From positions 96,001-160,000 of the IMG/VR virus record IMGVR_UViG_3300037484_000445: a stretch of DNA of 64,000 nt; one strand, 5' to 3'. This DNA is from a virus (lineage: Duplodnaviria; Heunggongvirae; Uroviricota; Caudoviricetes). The notes beneath the pieces were generated by a model. The model did no database searches. It had not been told where the DNA came from and worked only from the letters and a program-made list of their open reading frames with translations. Of this stretch, positions 61,658-64,000 are shown piece by piece. The translations under genes were made by a program, and so were the position numbers. Each line of letters starts with the position of its first letter. Within the stretch, counting starts at the first letter, position 1.

Positions 61658-63984
61658 TGGCTGGATTTGGTGGATCAAGATGGGGTCAAGGCGCTTGGGG
61701 TGATAGCGAAGATTTTGTTCGCCCTGTGCTTGAGGTGTTTGTCGACGACACCTGTCTTGTCACAGACGAATCCGAGTACGCGATTCCGCTTAGGGTAGCT
61801 CATGCCACGGCCTTGAGCCTTTTCACTGTCAGAGTTCGGTTTTCTAACGAAATAGACATCACTTTTCCGCCATTAAGTGACCCCGCCAACTACACAATCC
61901 CTGGACTGATCGTCACTAGCGTTACTATTTCGAGCGCCGATACTGTCATTCTGAGTACGACGCCGGCTCAAAGCAATTTGGTCTACGTGGTTACGGCCGC
62001 TCAAGGTCGAAGCACTAATGGAGATCTGCTCGGTCCTGACAACTCGGCTGCCTTCTTAGGCTTTGTACTGATTCCGTCCTTCATAGCCGGTGCTATCTCA
62101 GCTACCCAAGTCGATCTGATCTTCTCAACTGAGATGACTCCTGATGCTGCCTTTACCTCGATAGGCAGCTACATTATTCGGGGTGGTCCTGGGGGTGTTG
62201 CCATCCCCATCTTGTCTGCCACGATTTCAGGTGGAATCCCCATACGACGGGTGACCCTAAGGCTGGCCACACCTCTTCAGTCGATGGAAACCTACGCTGC
62301 CGTAGTTTCCTCGGCAGTCACGAGCATCCTAGGCCAAATTGTATCCCCCGATACCTACTTGTTCAAGTGGGCCGATATGTCGCGGCCGGCCCATGGGGCA
62401 CCGCTCGAAATTCCAATTCGGGCCTTCTCCGGTGAGGTGAAAAGTGGGATTCTTGGCAATCCTGCCGGGCAAGTCTTCTTCTCACCAGCTTATGAAGCTG
62501 TTGGAGCAACATCCGCTATTGAGTTGGAGTCGGTGTCTGTTTGCACCCGAGCTTTTGATCAGTACGAGTTTCCGAGCCTTCCGGATCCCCCATCCCTGTA
62601 CACATTTGGGCCGGGAGTATCGAGCGTCTTGAGTGCTGGGTTCATTCTTTGGGCCCCCGCAGAGAAGCTTGGCTTGTTCAAGAGTAAGCTTTCCAACTTT
62701 GGACAGGAGGATGTCCTACCCAAGATCTACGACTCTTCTACGGGAAACCTCGAGTCTCCAATCGGGGACACTCCGGCCATTGCTACCCTGCGAGAGACTA
62801 TCGATATCACCAGGGCCTCGTTCTTGAATGACCTCAGGTGGCGTACTTTCCCAGGCACAGGTGCGACCGTTTTTATGACGGCCGACAATATGACGCCCAT
62901 TGGTCCAGGGCCTACTACGATTCGGGCGCTATCCCGGCCGAGGGCTGAAGTTAGGGATCCTCACGACTTCATAGACTTGTTGGATGAAGTCGACGTCATA
63001 ATACCTAAGTTTGAGGACGTCATCAGCGTTACGGACTCGGTGGACGTTGAGGTCTACGCCTTCTTCAGTGTCCTTGTTTCGGATGCTATTGCGTTGGGAG
63101 ACCAAGCCACTTCGGCCATGACTAAGGTGGTCTCACATTCGGATGCTATCTCTGTGAGTGACCAGGTAATCCGATCCGCGACCAAAGGTGTGGTGGTTTC
63201 GGATAGTGTCTCGTTGGTAGATGGCGCCTCAGCTTCAAAGGAGTATGCGGTCTTAGTCTCTGATTCGGTTGCCCTAAGTGATCAAGTGAGTATTGAATGT
63301 TTGATCCTTGTGTCGGATACTCTTAGTGTTACTGATGAAGTGACGATTGAGTCTGGGATGGATCCTGGAGCCCTATACAGTGCTCTGCAGACAATATTCG
63401 GAGCATTACTTACGGGTGTTTGGGTTGGTGAAGACCTTATTGTTGACGGATCGAACAACATCACTAGTTGGCCAGAACGTAACAATACCGGTACGTTGAC
63501 GAATGCTCACGCTACGAACCGTTTCACTACACGTACTGTGAATGGACGTCTGTGGATGTACACATCAGTCGAGGCAGGGAAGTCTCTGGTAAGCCCTGCT
63601 AGAACAGGTGATTCCGTGTACATGGTGATGGTGTCCATGCCACCTCTTCCGTTCACAGATTACAAGTTGGCCTTAGGATCGAGCATTTACCAGGTTCTTG
63701 CTGGGGCATCAGGGACAAGTACCCTGTATAGTTCTCAATCTACCCTCCGATACGTGGACGGGGTTCTAACGAACACAGTGAGCAGTGGTATCCATTTAAT
63801 TGAGGCCACAACAGGAGCAAATACTAGCTTCTTTGTAGGAGGGCTCGAAGCATCCTACCCTGGGTACCCAGGTCGGGATTGGACGGCGGACATTGGCTGC
63901 GTAGTGGTCCTTTCGAGTGCCCCTACCAGCCAACAGCGTGCGGATGCCTTAACACTCCTAAAGACCTACTACAGCGTTCCCTGA
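61657..63984 (+). CDS. fibre-like structural protein: two Ig-like domains, D-x-h-x-h-x-D repeat stalk, C-terminal lectin/LamG-like domain
   Basis: TAATG coupling at 61657, MAGFGGSRWGQGAWG start, two VRVRFS/VDLIFS...NYTI/SYII Ig-like domains, seven stalk repeats, ITSWP.R...YVDG head domain. Confidence 0.7.
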   Translation: MAGFGGSRWGQGAWGDSEDFVRPVLEVFVDDTCLVTDESEYAIPLRVAHATALSLFTVRVRFSNEIDITFPPLSDPANYTIPGLIVTSVTISSADTVILSTTPAQSNLVYVVTAAQGRSTNGDLLGPDNSAAFLGFVLIPSFIAGAISATQVDLIFSTEMTPDAAFTSIGSYIIRGGPGGVAIPILSATISGGIPIRRVTLRLATPLQSMETYAAVVSSAVTSILGQIVSPDTYLFKWADMSRPAHGAPLEIPIRAFSGEVKSGILGNPAGQVFFSPAYEAVGATSAIELESVSVCTRAFDQYEFPSLPDPPSLYTFGPGVSSVLSAGFILWAPAEKLGLFKSKLSNFGQEDVLPKIYDSSTGNLESPIGDTPAIATLRETIDITRASFLNDLRWRTFPGTGATVFMTADNMTPIGPGPTTIRALSRPRAEVRDPHDFIDLLDEVDVIIPKFEDVISVTDSVDVEVYAFFSVLVSDAIALGDQATSAMTKVVSHSDAISVSDQVIRSATKGVVVSDSVSLVDGASASKEYAVLVSDSVALSDQVSIECLILVSDTLSVTDEVTIESGMDPGALYSALQTIFGALLTGVWVGEDLIVDGSNNITSWPERNNTGTLTNAHATNRFTTRTVNGRLWMYTSVEAGKSLVSPARTGDSVYMVMVSMPPLPFTDYKLALGSSIYQVLAGASGTSTLYSSQSTLRYVDGVLTNTVSSGIHLIEATTGANTSFFVGGLEASYPGYPGRDWTADIGCVVVLSSAPTSQQRADALTLLKTYYSVP
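62960..63351 (+). repeat. seven 16-22 aa repeats, consensus VSD(A/S)(I/V)(S/A)(L/V)xDxV
   Basis: HDFIDLLDEV, EDVISVTDSV, SDAIALGDQA, SDAISVSDQV, SDSVSLVDGA, SDSVALSDQV, SDTLSVTDEV. Confidence 0.85.
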
Positions 63985-64000
63985 GGCAATCTTTGCGGAC

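Noticed and set aside
56846-63984. Diversity-generating retroelement target in the fibre genes
   Set aside because: No reverse transcriptase and no template/variable repeat pair differing at adenines was seen in this window. The duplicated domain at 57376-57820 differs at all base types.
1-64000. Extracellular contractile injection system, tailocin or T6SS interpretation
   Set aside because: Neck/head-completion-type genes, an intein-bearing helicase and phage-style gene packing fit a phage. No Afp15-like AAA ATPase or T6SS membrane complex genes are visible. The capsid genes are presumably outside the window.
1-64000. Stop-codon reassignment as seen in some large phages
   Set aside because: Genes are full length in the standard code, and TAA, TAG and TGA all end genes at sensible, often coupled, boundaries.

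Overview
This window is one densely packed, entirely plus-strand block of about 43 genes in the standard genetic code. It reads as the virion morphogenesis region of a large contractile-tailed (myovirus-type, probably jumbo) bacteriophage. Recognisable structural parts are neck/head-completion proteins, a very large tail sheath (about 1540 aa), tail tube, two paralogous tail chaperones, tape measure, two tube-initiator paralogues (one carrying a GH73/FlgJ-like glycosidase), baseplate hub, spike, gp25-like, J-like and I-like wedge proteins, and several large fibre/receptor-binding proteins. I see no capsid, portal or terminase gene, and no RNA genes or CRISPR array. Non-structural genes sit inside the module: a methyltransferase-GT2-TPR fusion, a Dps-like ferritin, a Vsr-like nuclease fused in frame to an actin-like ATPase, an FmdB-like zinc ribbon, an intein-containing UvrD/PcrA helicase placed between sheath and tube, and a GT34-like glycosyltransferase. 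Reading by eye also shows a recurring bipartite upstream motif (candidate late promoter), several structured intergenic segments, a short D-x-h-x-h-x-D peptide motif spread over three genes, and nested domain insertions. All product calls come from motif recognition and gene order, not from database searches.
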